Below, in pieces: positions 17,236 to 27,183 of a stretch of DNA of 64,000 nt. Location of the stretch: assembly GCA_963677485.1 (NCBI GenBank), contig OY781964.1, forward strand, positions 832,001-896,000, given 5' to 3'. Numbering within the stretch: the stretch's first letter is position 1; every line of letters begins with the position of its first letter. Below the pieces are notes generated by a model. It did no database searches. It was given only the letters and a program-made list of their open reading frames with translations, and was not told where the DNA came from. The translations under genes and the position numbers were made by a program. This DNA comes from Armatimonadota bacterium. GTDB taxonomy: Bacteria > Armatimonadota > HRBIN16.

Positions 17236-19136
17236 ATGAGTGCTTCTAATAAAACAGGTGTTATACTCCCCCTCATCAACAGCCCGGCAGACATAAAGCG
17301 TCTCGCCCTGAGCAATCTCAAGCCCCTGGCGGCGGAATTGCGAGAGTTCATCATAGGAACTGTCAGTCTGACCGGTGGGCATCTCGCCTCGAACCTGGGC
17401 ACGGTAGAGCTGACCCTGGCACTGCACCGCGTATACAACACACCCATCGACAAAATACTTTGGGATACTGGCCACCAGGCTTATGCACACAAAATTATCA
17501 CCGGGCGGCGTGATGTGTTCGCGACACTGCGCCAGTACCGAGGTATCGCCGGCTTCTTGCGGCGCGAGGAGAGCGAATATGACTGCTGGGGTGCGGGCCA
17601 TGCAGGCACCGCAATTTCCGCGGCACTCGGATTTGCATCGGCGAGAGATATCCTGGGCGGACACGAGAACGTCGTAGCCGTTGTGGGTGACGCAGGTATC
17701 TCCAACGGCATGTCGCTGGAGGCACTGAACCACGCAGGCGACCTGCAAACAAATATGACGGTCATTCTGAATGACAACAAGATGTCCATCGCCCGCAACG
17801 TAGGGGCACTCGCGCAGATGCTCACACGCCTCCGCAGTAAGCCGTGGTATCAAGAAGCGGAAGAGGCGGCCTCTGGTGTGATGCTGCGCCTTCCTGGCGA
17901 TGCCAAGCACGTCGCCAAACAGGCCAGTAAGGGCCTCAAGCGGGGAATCACCCACTACATCGCTCCTGAGAACACCGGTGCCATGTTTGAAGAGATGGGC
18001 TTCAGCTATCTTGGCCCTATTGACGGCCATAATACCGAATTGCTGATTGATGTGTTGACTGACGCCAAACAGCTTAGAGGGCCGGTGCTCATACATATCA
18101 TCACCACGAAGGGCAAAGGATATGCCCCATCCGAAGACAACGCACGGAGCTATCATGGGGTGCCGCCATTCTGTGTAGATGATGGCAAGATGAAAAGAGC
18201 CCCTCAGAAGGCGCTAGCTTTACGAGTGTTTTTTCAGATGCGATGCTCGAACTGGCCAACGAAGTGCCCAATATGGTTGCTCTGACGGCTGCGATGCCTG
18301 ATGGTACCGGATTGACCGCATTCGCTAGCAAGTATCCCAAGCGGTTATTCGATGTCGGTATTGCAGAAGAGCACGGAGTCTGTTTTGCGGCCGGTCTCGC
18401 CGCTAACGGAATGGTCCCTGTGTTTGCGGTGTATAGCAGCTTCATGCAGCGCTCATATGACCAGCTTCTCCATGATATCTGTATCCAGAATCTACACGCG
18501 GTGATCGCACTGGACCGCGCTGGACTGGTAGGTGATGACGGCCCGACACACCATGGTGCGTTTGACATTGCCGTTCTTCGAACCATACCAAATCTGACCG
18601 TGCTGGCCCCTTCGGATGGCACTGAACTTCGGGCGATGCTGAGATGGGCTGTGATGGAGTGCAAAGGGCCTGTCACCATAAGATACCCTCGCGCGGGGGC
18701 TGGTCAGCTACTGCACACTAATATGGATATCCCTCGGGCTGAAATACTCAGGCAGGGCAATGATATCTGTCTGCTGGCGATAGGCAGCATGGTCAGTGCT
18801 GCGATGGGCGCCGCACTGCGGCTTTCAGAGCTAGGGATTGAAGCGTCTGTGATTAATGCCAGGGCTGTTAAGCCTCTAGATAGTGCCACCATACTGCCGG
18901 TACTCGCACAAAGCCGACAAGCTTTGATCATTGAGGAAGGCTGCTCCTGCGGAGGCTTCAGCTCCGCTGTTCTTGAGGCACTGTGTGATGCCGACATTAC
19001 CGACGTACACATCAAACGCCTGAACCTGCAAGACCAGTATGTAACCCACGGCCCTAGATCGGTACTGCTAGAGGATTGCAGACTGAGTATTGAGGCCATC
19101 ACCACCCAAGCCGTCGGAATGCTGGCTCAAGCTTAA
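17236..19136 (+). CDS. dxs: 1-deoxy-D-xylulose-5-phosphate synthase, frameshifted near 18193-18196
   Basis: First frame: GGHLASNLGTVELT, WDTGHQAYAHKIITGR, GDAG..GM..EALN, NDNKMSI, GPIDGH. Second frame: AAMPDGTGL, DVGIAEEH, DRAGLVGDDGPTHHG, IRYPR. Confidence 0.93.
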
Positions 19137-19195
19137 ACGCGTTGCGGTGCGGCTGATTAGTTGCGCTATGTGATCCGCATTTCCGGACAGGGATA

Positions 19196-20638
19196 TCAGT
19201 CTAATAGTGGACTGTTAATGCTTTCTCTATACAGTCCTCCGGTGGCGATGTCCCTGTCTGTGGTAGTGCAAGGCATAAAACTCGGCATCTGTGCATTGAT
19301 ACGGTTAATGTAAGCAGGCATGTTGAACTTCGCTTCCAAACCGCGCTGGGTCATTGGCCGCACGGAACCGAATATCGATCGCTTGAACCAGGGGCGATCA
19401 TGAAGACCGAAACACCATCCAATCCCTGCGTAGCCATTAGGATCACGGCCATCAAGACTGTACTTATCGTTCCATTCGATGGCCCACTCATACGCCTGTT
19501 CGGGTGAAATGCACCATGCGATCAACTGTTTCACCCAGTACATCCGCATATAGCCATGCATTTTCCCCAAATGGATCATTTCTCTCATCGCGGCGTTCCA
19601 GTTTGGGTCATTGGTTTCGGCATTCTCAAGCTGTTCATGTGTGTAACTGACTTCTCTTGGGTCATTTGAATGTTCATCCAGCGTACGGCGGCACCATTCT
19701 GGCAGGCCCTCCCATTTGTCGTAGTCCGGCTGGTGGAGCACGTAGTTAACAGCCAGCTCTCTCCTGATGATCAGCTGCTCCACGAAAGCATCAACACCTG
19801 CGCCTTCTGCTCCCGATTCGGTCAGATGATGCAAAATATCACGGCTGGATATCTGCCCAAAATGCAGGTAGGGCGACAGATTGGACTGCCTGTCTTCACC
19901 CGGATCGTTACGTAGCTCATGGTAGCTCTCCAGATAGTTGCTGATGAAATGGTGCAAATGCTGCAGTGCATGACAGTATCCTCCCTGCATGCCCACCACA
20001 GGTGCCACCGACGCATCCAGCGACAAGCTGGCAAGCAGGCCGGGCAGGTCATCCAGCGGTTCCGTGTGCTCATCCCACTCATGGAGTTGTGCCTTTACCT
20101 CGCCTTGAGGATGCTCGCACGGCACCAAAACCATTTGGGTCTTGATCTTCGGACGAATGGTCGCTGCGGACCATTCTTGTTTCTTTGTGATTTGATCGTA
20201 TGGAACGGGAGACTCCGTGCAGCATTGTATGACCGTAGCGTTAAGCTGCCGGCTCAGCACCTTGCGCCACGCCCTCTGGTGTCTGAGATAGCCATCATCT
20301 ACAACCACTAGTGCCGCACGTTGGCTCAACCGTAGAGCCAGCTCCAGAGGGTCCGCAATCTGAACACACACGGTGGCACCCAATTCCTTCAACTCGTCAA
20401 CAACGGTCTGCAGAGATTGAAGCATAAAGCTCATGTTCCTGAGGTTGGATCCAGGGTAATCTGTACAGATACCAAAACAGACCACCAAAGGAAGTTGCCG
20501 TTCGAGGGCTGAGGCCATCGCAAGAACCAGGGCGGGGTTATCCTGTGTCCGTTGTGCTTGCTGCATCCAGTACAGCACATACTCACCCTTACCGCTGCGG
20601 TGCAGATTCCGTGACAACATCAGTTCCACCCCATGCAC
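19196..20638 (-). CDS. phr: Class II deoxyribodipyrimidine photolyase
   Basis: VLYWM..AQR..DNPAL, SNLSPYLHFGQIS, EQLIIRREL, GKMHGYMRMYW and LDGRDPNGY motifs. Confidence 0.92.
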   Translation of the reverse strand: MHGVELMLSRNLHRSGKGEYVLYWMQQAQRTQDNPALVLAMASALERQLPLVVCFGICTDYPGSNLRNMSFMLQSLQTVVDELKELGATVCVQIADPLELALRLSQRAALVVVDDGYLRHQRAWRKVLSRQLNATVIQCCTESPVPYDQITKKQEWSAATIRPKIKTQMVLVPCEHPQGEVKAQLHEWDEHTEPLDDLPGLLASLSLDASVAPVVGMQGGYCHALQHLHHFISNYLESYHELRNDPGEDRQSNLSPYLHFGQISSRDILHHLTESGAEGAGVDAFVEQLIIRRELAVNYVLHQPDYDKWEGLPEWCRRTLDEHSNDPREVSYTHEQLENAETNDPNWNAAMREMIHLGKMHGYMRMYWVKQLIAWCISPEQAYEWAIEWNDKYSLDGRDPNGYAGIGWCFGLHDRPWFKRSIFGSVRPMTQRGLEAKFNMPAYINRINAQMPSFMPCTTTDRDIATGGLYRESINSPLLD

Positions 20639-20714
20639 ATATTCATCATCTAGAGTATGGCTGATATCAGCACCAGTCTGTGCGCATTTTTACACACCTG
20701 TCCCAGTTGGTTGC

Positions 20715-21068
20715 TTGAACCACAGATTCATCGGATTTCACGGATGGTGAAGTGGTCCGTCACCACCCTTCGCGTCTTCGCGTGAGCCATTCCGTATCTG
20801 CGTCCATTCGCGTTCATCCGCGGTTAGGAAATTCCTTCGTGCCAATCGCTGTCCGCAATGGAGAAAGACCGGCGCGGTCTTGAGCCCTCTGCCACCGATA
20901 GACAACCGCCAGACCGCCCCGGACATAGGCATGAAGGCTGCGGTGCTCCGTCCAGTGATTTCGTTTGAACCACAGATTTCACGAAGATATAGGTTACCCG
21001 GACACACACTTCGTGCCTTCGCGTGAGCCAATTCCGTATCTGCGTCCATTCGCGTTCATCCGCGGTTC
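20715..21068. repeat. Composite intergenic repeat: two ~105-110-bp direct copies flanking a 65-bp REP-like unit
   Basis: 20715-20825 and 20965-21067 both start TTGAACCACAGATT and end CTTCGCGTGAGCCA(A)TTCCGTATCTGCGTCCATTCGCGTTCATCCGCGGTT. The unit at 20866-20930 matches 30921-30985. Confidence 0.85.
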
Positions 21069-21180
21069 AGACAACAACCCAGCGGCTCAGCCGTTCCGTT
21101 TCGACAGATCGTACGGATCGGGCGGATACCCGCCTGTTCTGCTGTTCTCCTCCGCTCCTTTCTCCTTCCCCGATGCTCCC

Positions 21181-21209
21181 TTGACAAATACCCCCACCTT
21201 GCGTATACT
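21181..21209 (+). promoter_or_regulatory. Sigma70-type promoter of tRNA operon
   Basis: TTGACA-17 nt-TATACT. Confidence 0.85.
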
Positions 21210-21241
21210 ATTTCTTGCAAGTCGGTTACGACTTAGATCGC

Positions 21242-21316
21242 GGGGCTATCGTTCAGCGGCTAGGACGACGGGTTTTCAGCCCGTAGACCGGGGTTCGATT
21301 CCCCGTAGCCCTACCA
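21242..21316 (+). tRNA. tRNA-Glu (TTC)
   Basis: Acceptor GGGGCTA/TAGCCCT, anticodon arm ACGGG-TTTTCAG-CCCGT, T-loop GTTCGATT, encoded CCA. Confidence 0.93.
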
Positions 21317-21323
21317 CCATTAT

Positions 21324-21408
21324 GCCCGGGTGGCGAAATTGGTAGACGCGCACGCTTGAGGGGCGTGTACCGCAAGGTATACGGGTTCAAGTCCCGTCTC
21401 GGGCACCA
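21324..21408 (+). tRNA. tRNA-Leu (GAG)
   Basis: GCCCGGG/CTCGGGC acceptor, anticodon arm CACGC-TTGAGGG-GCGTG, long variable arm, GTTCAAGT, CCA. Confidence 0.93.
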
Positions 21409-21428
21409 TTCCCTTCCCCTCAAATCTC

Positions 21429-21503
21429 GGGCGATTAGCTCAGTGGTAGAGCGCTTCGTTCACACCGAAGAGGTCACTGGTTCGAGACCAGTATCGCCCA
21501 CCA
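21429..21503 (+). tRNA. tRNA-Val (CAC)
   Basis: GGGCGAT/ATCGCCC acceptor, anticodon arm CTTCG-TTCACAC-CGAAG, GTTCGAGA, CCA. Confidence 0.95.
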
Positions 21504-21599
21504 TCTCCTCCCTTCGATTCAAAAGACCGAGATTAGCAGTTAACCCCAGTGTGTGATATCATGCCAGAAACAGCACACATACGAGGTTAACATACGCTC

Positions 21600-23360
21600 A
21601 TGATTTCCAAGCAGAATCCAAAACCAGTACCCGATAAACTGGTCGTCCTTACGTTTGATGACGCCGTCAGTAACCACGCCACATATGTCGCACCCATGTT
21701 AGTCCAGTTAGGATTTGGGGCGACCTTTTTTGTTTGTGAGTTCCCCGGATTTGAAAACAAAAAGCAATACATGACCTGGGAGCAGATGGCTTCACTGCAC
21801 ACCATGGGTTTTGAAGTGGCCAACCACACTCTTAGCCACGGCACGTTGAGTCAGCTCTCCCCCAACGAACAATGCGCGCAGATATCTGAGCTTGAGGTCA
21901 GATGCCGGCGTTACGGCATCCCCGTGCCTGAGACGTTCGCCTACCCGGGCTGCGGCTCCGCGCCTGAGACGGTGGCCATGCTGCCGTTGAAGGGCTACAC
22001 TCTGGCGAGAGCTTGCGGCGACAAGGCATGTAATCCGCTGACCGATGACCCGCTTCAAATCCCCAGCTTTGGAGTCAATGGCACAGACCGCAATGTGTTC
22101 ATCAACGCCTGTCAGCAAGCCAAAAACGGCCAGGTCGCGGTGTTGATGTTCCACGGGGTGCCAGATGTGGAGCACCCCTGGGTTGACACTCAACAGCCGC
22201 TTTTCCATGAGCATATGGAATACCTCAAACGCAACGGCTACCACGTGATCTCTTTCAAGCAACTGGCTGACTACTTCCCTCCAGAAAAGCTCGCCACCGC
22301 TCGTAAAGTCAGACAGGCCTACCGCCCTAAAGCACTGTGGAAGGGCTCCAAAATCAACGCGGAGCAGCTCTTTTTCATACAGAAAAAAGGAGATGCCACC
22401 GCATCAGCGAAACTGCTATTCTCCCCAACCAGCCTGGAGATTATCACCAGTGCCGACGGCAAAGTGCAATACGCCGATGGCAAAGACTATGTGTGGCATG
22501 CTGGTAACCAGACCATCACATTGACGCCGAAGAGCCGTATCCCGTTTAAGACCGAAGCGCAGATGTATCCGCCCAAGGCTTCTCCGCAGTCAATAGAGCA
22601 GGGCAGAGGCGGAGACCATGCTCTCTTCTTTGGAGAAGGCACTCTATACCACAGCCTGCAGTCCGTCGCCACATACCAGCACAGCAAGCTCTGGAGCGGT
22701 TTCAAGCCCGTCAGCGAGCTGAACCTGTTGCCCCACACCTCGTCTGTGCTTAACGGCCGACGCAAGCTGATGATATCTCTGCTGGGTGACAGCATCAGCA
22801 CGGGAGCAAACGCCACAGGATGCACATTCATCGAGCCCTATCAGCCCTTCTACATGAACCTTTGTGCCGATGAACTCCGCACGAAATTCAAGACAGACGT
22901 GGCGGTATGGAACCACTCCGTGGGAGGCATGACCTCCGATTGGGGTGTCACACAGACAGACGCCGTGATTGCGGACAACCCGGACCTGTGCCTTATCGCC
23001 TTCGGTATGAACGATGCCTGGAGTTTTGATGCTCCACACTATGCAGACAACATCAGCAAAATGATGAGCGCAATCAAGGCGAAATGCCCGCATACGGAGT
23101 TCATATTGATATCAGGCATGTTACCGAACCCCGAATGGATGCCAGACAACGCGTTGGCGCGCTTTGACGCCTACAAGCAGGCTTTGAAGGCCATGCGAGG
23201 CCGTGGAGTGGCCATGGCGGATGTAAGCTCCCTGTGGCGAGATGTGGCCAAGATCAAGGGGTTCGCCAGCCTGACTGGCAATGGGGTGAACCACCCCAAC
23301 GACTTCGGTCACCGCATATATGCCCAAACCATCCTCGGATGCCTCGGCATCGAAATCTAG
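21600..23360 (+). CDS. Polysaccharide deacetylase (CE4/NodB) - SGNH hydrolase fusion, paralogue 1
   Basis: CE4 motifs LTFDD, NHTLSH, FAYPG and MFHGV; SGNH motifs GDSIS, GG, FGMND and NHPND. Confidence 0.87.
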   Translation: MISKQNPKPVPDKLVVLTFDDAVSNHATYVAPMLVQLGFGATFFVCEFPGFENKKQYMTWEQMASLHTMGFEVANHTLSHGTLSQLSPNEQCAQISELEVRCRRYGIPVPETFAYPGCGSAPETVAMLPLKGYTLARACGDKACNPLTDDPLQIPSFGVNGTDRNVFINACQQAKNGQVAVLMFHGVPDVEHPWVDTQQPLFHEHMEYLKRNGYHVISFKQLADYFPPEKLATARKVRQAYRPKALWKGSKINAEQLFFIQKKGDATASAKLLFSPTSLEIITSADGKVQYADGKDYVWHAGNQTITLTPKSRIPFKTEAQMYPPKASPQSIEQGRGGDHALFFGEGTLYHSLQSVATYQHSKLWSGFKPVSELNLLPHTSSVLNGRRKLMISLLGDSISTGANATGCTFIEPYQPFYMNLCADELRTKFKTDVAVWNHSVGGMTSDWGVTQTDAVIADNPDLCLIAFGMNDAWSFDAPHYADNISKMMSAIKAKCPHTEFILISGMLPNPEWMPDNALARFDAYKQALKAMRGRGVAMADVSSLWRDVAKIKGFASLTGNGVNHPNDFGHRIYAQTILGCLGIEI

Positions 23361-23472
23361 ATGACACCCTGGCCGGTGCAGCTTCACCCTGCACCGGCTC
23401 CGGCATTCCCAGCAAACTAAGAAATCACACACCCTGTGATTGACGTGTAGATGAGGTTTTAACAAAAAGACA

Positions 23473-25236
23473 ATGAATCGAAAGCAAACACATAAGCCGG
23501 TCTCACCCAAACTCGTTGTGCTCACCTTTGACGATGCCGCGCGCAGCCACGCCACATTTGTCGCACCCTTGTTGAAAAAGCTGGGGTTCACCGCAACATT
23601 CTTCGTGGGCGAGTTCCCAGGGTTCGAGAACAAGAAGCACTACATGAGCTGGGAACAGATCGCATCACTTCACCAAATGGGCTTTGAGATAGGCAACCAC
23701 ACCCAAAACCACCCCGACCTCAGGCAGCTCGATGCCAATCATCAGCATTCCGAGGTCATGGTCATTGAGCAACGATGTCGGCAGTATGGTATCCCTGTTC
23801 CTGAGACATTCGCATATCCGGGCTGCATCACCACACCAGAAATACTGACGATGCTGCCTAAAAAGGGGTATAAACTGGCCCGTGTATGCGGAGGACAGGC
23901 GTGCAATCCCAGCACCGCCAACCCGATGCAGGTGCCAGCCCTCACACCAGGCGGCGATCTCAACTCGTTCATAGATATGTTGAAGCAGGCAGCTCCGGGT
24001 GAAATTTCTGTATTCATTTTCCATGGTGTGCCAGATGATGCCCATCCAGAATGCACGGTACCGCCTGAGCTATTCTCCGAATATATGAATTATCTGAAAA
24101 AGAACCGATATAAGACGATCACTATGCGGGAGTTAGCGGACTACTTCCCCCCCAGCCAGATTGGACCAGCTCAGATTGCGAAAGAGCTGTACCGCCCAGT
24201 TTCATTGCGCAAGGGCATACAGGTTTTCCGCGAGGGATTGATGTTTGTGGAAACACAGGAAGGTCAGCCAGCCAGCGCAAAACTGCTGTTTCGGCCCTCG
24301 ACAGATTTAGAGCTATTCAGTGCTGATGAACTCACACTGTATGAAGCCGGGCGGGACTATATCTGGCATCCGAATGATCGCACCCTCACACTCACTCCAA
24401 AATCCCGCATCCCCTTCCTGACGCTCAAGCAGCAGCGTCCAGAGCGTGACTCACCTAACTCCTACGCTCAGTTCCGGGGCGGCAGTCACGCGCTTCTATA
24501 TTCTGGCGGCAGCTATTTCCATGAGCGGCAGCTCATAGCCAACTATAAACACAGGGATGCCTGGCGGGGTTTTCGCCAGAGCAGCGAAACCAGCTTGCTG
24601 CCTGCCTCGCTGAACAAGCTGCGGTCAGGGAAACCTCTGCGCGTATCACTGTTGGGCGACAGCATCAGCACCGGTGATAACGCCAGTGGAAAGACGGCGA
24701 TTGCGCCCTATCAGCCCTTCTACATGGATCTCGTCGTTGAGGAGTTACGCAGACACTTTGGCTCAGACATCCCTTTTAACAACCGCAGCGTTGGTGGAAT
24801 GTCGTCCGACTGGGGCATCACGCAGATAGATACCGTCGCGGCTGACAAGCCAGAACTCTGCTTGATCGCATTCGGCATGAACGACATCTGGGGGTTTACA
24901 CCCGATCAGTATGCTGAGCACATCCGCACGATCATGGCGGGCATCAAGGCGAAATGTCCAAAAGTGGAGTTCTTGTTGGTCGCGGGCATGCTGCCCAACC
25001 CGGAATGGGTAAGTGCAGAAAATGAAGCCAAATTCCCACAATATCTCAAGAAGTTGCAGTCGATGCGCGCCCGCGGTGTCGCAGTGGCCGAAGTCGGCTC
25101 CTTATGGCATGATGTCTATCTGCTCAAGGGGTTCATGAGCCTTACTGGTAATGGCTTGAACCACCCGAATGACTATGGTCACCGCCTGTATGCACAGGTG
25201 ATTCTGGCCAGTCTTGGAGTTGAGATATTTGCGTAA
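23473..25236 (+). CDS. Polysaccharide deacetylase (CE4/NodB) - SGNH hydrolase fusion, paralogue 2
   Basis: Same motifs (LTFDD, NHTQNH, FAYPG, GDSIS, FGMND, NHPND); collinear with the upstream paralogue. Confidence 0.87.
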   Translation: MNRKQTHKPVSPKLVVLTFDDAARSHATFVAPLLKKLGFTATFFVGEFPGFENKKHYMSWEQIASLHQMGFEIGNHTQNHPDLRQLDANHQHSEVMVIEQRCRQYGIPVPETFAYPGCITTPEILTMLPKKGYKLARVCGGQACNPSTANPMQVPALTPGGDLNSFIDMLKQAAPGEISVFIFHGVPDDAHPECTVPPELFSEYMNYLKKNRYKTITMRELADYFPPSQIGPAQIAKELYRPVSLRKGIQVFREGLMFVETQEGQPASAKLLFRPSTDLELFSADELTLYEAGRDYIWHPNDRTLTLTPKSRIPFLTLKQQRPERDSPNSYAQFRGGSHALLYSGGSYFHERQLIANYKHRDAWRGFRQSSETSLLPASLNKLRSGKPLRVSLLGDSISTGDNASGKTAIAPYQPFYMDLVVEELRRHFGSDIPFNNRSVGGMSSDWGITQIDTVAADKPELCLIAFGMNDIWGFTPDQYAEHIRTIMAGIKAKCPKVEFLLVAGMLPNPEWVSAENEAKFPQYLKKLQSMRARGVAVAEVGSLWHDVYLLKGFMSLTGNGLNHPNDYGHRLYAQVILASLGVEIFA

Positions 25237-25240
25237 TAAC

Positions 25241-25268
25241 AAAAGGGGCGACAGCAAGTCGCCCCTTT
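25241..25268. terminator. Bidirectional intrinsic terminator
   Basis: AAAAGGGGCGAC-AGCAA-GTCGCCCCTTT between convergent genes. Confidence 0.75.
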
Positions 25269-25308
25269 CAAACCAGGTTCACCACAAAAAGCGGTTCTTT
25301 CCCTCAAA

Positions 25309-27177
25309 TCAGTCGGTATAGAAGCGCAAGTTAGTCACAACCACACCTCGCACATTCCCTAATGCCATCCGCAAAAGAGGCGCATGGTTGGCGTGCAGCA
25401 TCCGGTAATACCATCGGCTGACAGTAAACTCCGGCACTATGACCGTCACGAGATGATCAGGTCGGTCTTCCATCACTTGCTTCACGTATTCCACCACTGG
25501 CTCAAACAGTGATCGGTAAGGTGACGCCAGGTTCACAAGCGGCACAGAGCCACCCCAGTCGGCCCACTCACGGCGAACCATCTGGTTGAGCTGCTGGTTA
25601 TCGCTCACCTCAACCCGAACTGCGCGGACATCTTTGCTGATCATCTGTGCATATTCAAGTGCCTGTGCCGTTCCACGGTGGAGACGGTCCAAAAGCACCA
25701 GCACGGTATGAGGCCGATTGGGGTTTGACTTCCAATCATCAATCATGCGCAGTTGTACCCGCATCTTCTCATAGTGGTTGTTGATGGCATAGAACATCAC
25801 CACCAGCAACGCCACGATGACGGCAGATATCCACACCTTGCCTTCCCACTTCTCAATCACAATGACCGTCAAGACCAATGCGGTGGTGCAGGCACCCACG
25901 AAGTTCACAGTGGCCTTGAACTGCCAGCCTTTTGGCCGCAGCCGAATCCATCGCCTCACCATGCCAGATTGTGATAATGTGAAGCTCATGAATACGCCAA
26001 ACGCGTATAGCGGGATCAGCGCATCGGTCACGCCTTTGAATATGATCACCAAAACGGAAGCACACAGTCCAAGCATCACGATGCCGTTGGCGAACACAAG
26101 GCGGTCACCGAGGTTACTAAGCTGGCGGGGCATATACCGGTCACCCGCCAGAATGGCACTCAACCGGGGGAAGTCGGCATAGGCGGTGTTAGCAGCCAGC
26201 ACCAGCACGATAGCGGTGCTAAACAGCACGGCTCCCTGAGCTACGCGAGCGACATTCGTGGAGAGTCCGCCAAACACCGCACGCGCCACCTGCGATATGA
26301 CCGATTCAGCATGTCCGCCATGTAATGCACCCAAATATGTGACATTGTGGGATTGTGCAAGCCAGCTGATACCCAGGAACATACCTCCCAGCAGAAAGCC
26401 CATCATAACCAACGTGATCCCGGCATTCTTGCTCTCAGGCGGTTTGAAAGCCTGCACTCCATCCGATATGGCCTCAACACCAGTCATAGCCGAACAACCT
26501 GACGCAAAGGCTTTAAGAAGCAGGAACAGGCCGATGCCTTCTGTAGCCACCAGATGTGATGGTTTTGGATAGGTCATCGTGTGATATCCAAACATGGGGC
26601 CAATCAGGCCCAGTGCAATCATCGAAAAAATGCACATCATGAAAATGTAGGTCGGTAAAGCGAAAATGGCACCTGACTCTTTGGCTCCACGCAAATTCAT
26701 CAATGTGACGAATGCGATGGCCAGCAGGCATAACGGCACCGTCATGTTCATCTCAGTTAAGCGTGGGAAGAACGAGGTGATCTGCTGCACGCCAGACGAG
26801 ATACTCACGGCGACGGTCAACACATAGTCCGTCAGGATAGAAGCCGCCGCTGTGAGTCCGGCGAAGGTGTTCAGGTTCTCACGGCTGACTATATAGCTGC
26901 CGCCACCCTTAGGGTAGGCATGAACCGTCTGCTCATAAGAAAAAATGACGATGGCTAATAGCGAGACGATAGCCATAGACACCGGTAAGGTAAACCTTAA
27001 TCCCGAAGCTCCCGCCAGACAGAGAACCAGCAGGATTTCCTGGGTGGCATACGCTGTAGAAGAAAGCGCATCGCTGGCGAATACAGGTAACGCAATCAGT
27101 TTTCGAAGTCTCTGGTGCTGTAGTTTGTCAGAAGCCAACGGCCTGCCAAACAACACACGGCGCCACGTATTTTTCAT
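25309..27177 (-). CDS. APC-family permease, KimA/YdaO-like K+ transporter
   Basis: FASDALSSTAYA, YPKGGGSY, DYVLTVAVS, NLRG.KESG, TGVEAIS and FPRL motifs; C-terminal SPYR...TVIVPEF cytosolic domain. Confidence 0.85.
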   Translation of the reverse strand: MKNTWRRVLFGRPLASDKLQHQRLRKLIALPVFASDALSSTAYATQEILLVLCLAGASGLRFTLPVSMAIVSLLAIVIFSYEQTVHAYPKGGGSYIVSRENLNTFAGLTAAASILTDYVLTVAVSISSGVQQITSFFPRLTEMNMTVPLCLLAIAFVTLMNLRGAKESGAIFALPTYIFMMCIFSMIALGLIGPMFGYHTMTYPKPSHLVATEGIGLFLLLKAFASGCSAMTGVEAISDGVQAFKPPESKNAGITLVMMGFLLGGMFLGISWLAQSHNVTYLGALHGGHAESVISQVARAVFGGLSTNVARVAQGAVLFSTAIVLVLAANTAYADFPRLSAILAGDRYMPRQLSNLGDRLVFANGIVMLGLCASVLVIIFKGVTDALIPLYAFGVFMSFTLSQSGMVRRWIRLRPKGWQFKATVNFVGACTTALVLTVIVIEKWEGKVWISAVIVALLVVMFYAINNHYEKMRVQLRMIDDWKSNPNRPHTVLVLLDRLHRGTAQALEYAQMISKDVRAVRVEVSDNQQLNQMVRREWADWGGSVPLVNLASPYRSLFEPVVEYVKQVMEDRPDHLVTVIVPEFTVSRWYYRMLHANHAPLLRMALGNVRGVVVTNLRFYTD

Positions 27178-27183
27178 GAATCT

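Noticed and set aside
17098-18156. 352-aa minus-strand ORF
   Set aside because: Antisense to dxs; no motifs.
20639-20700. Possible longer photolyase N-terminus from an out-of-frame ATG near 20687
   Set aside because: It would need a 1-bp indel. The catalytic motifs are complete from GTG 20638, and nothing in the sequence decides the matter.
20738-21556. Short ORFs over the repeat and tRNA region
   Set aside because: They are translations of repeats and tRNA genes.
21242-25236. Genomic island integrated at the tRNA cluster
   Set aside because: No integrase, and no duplicated tRNA 3' end (att site) was seen in the window.
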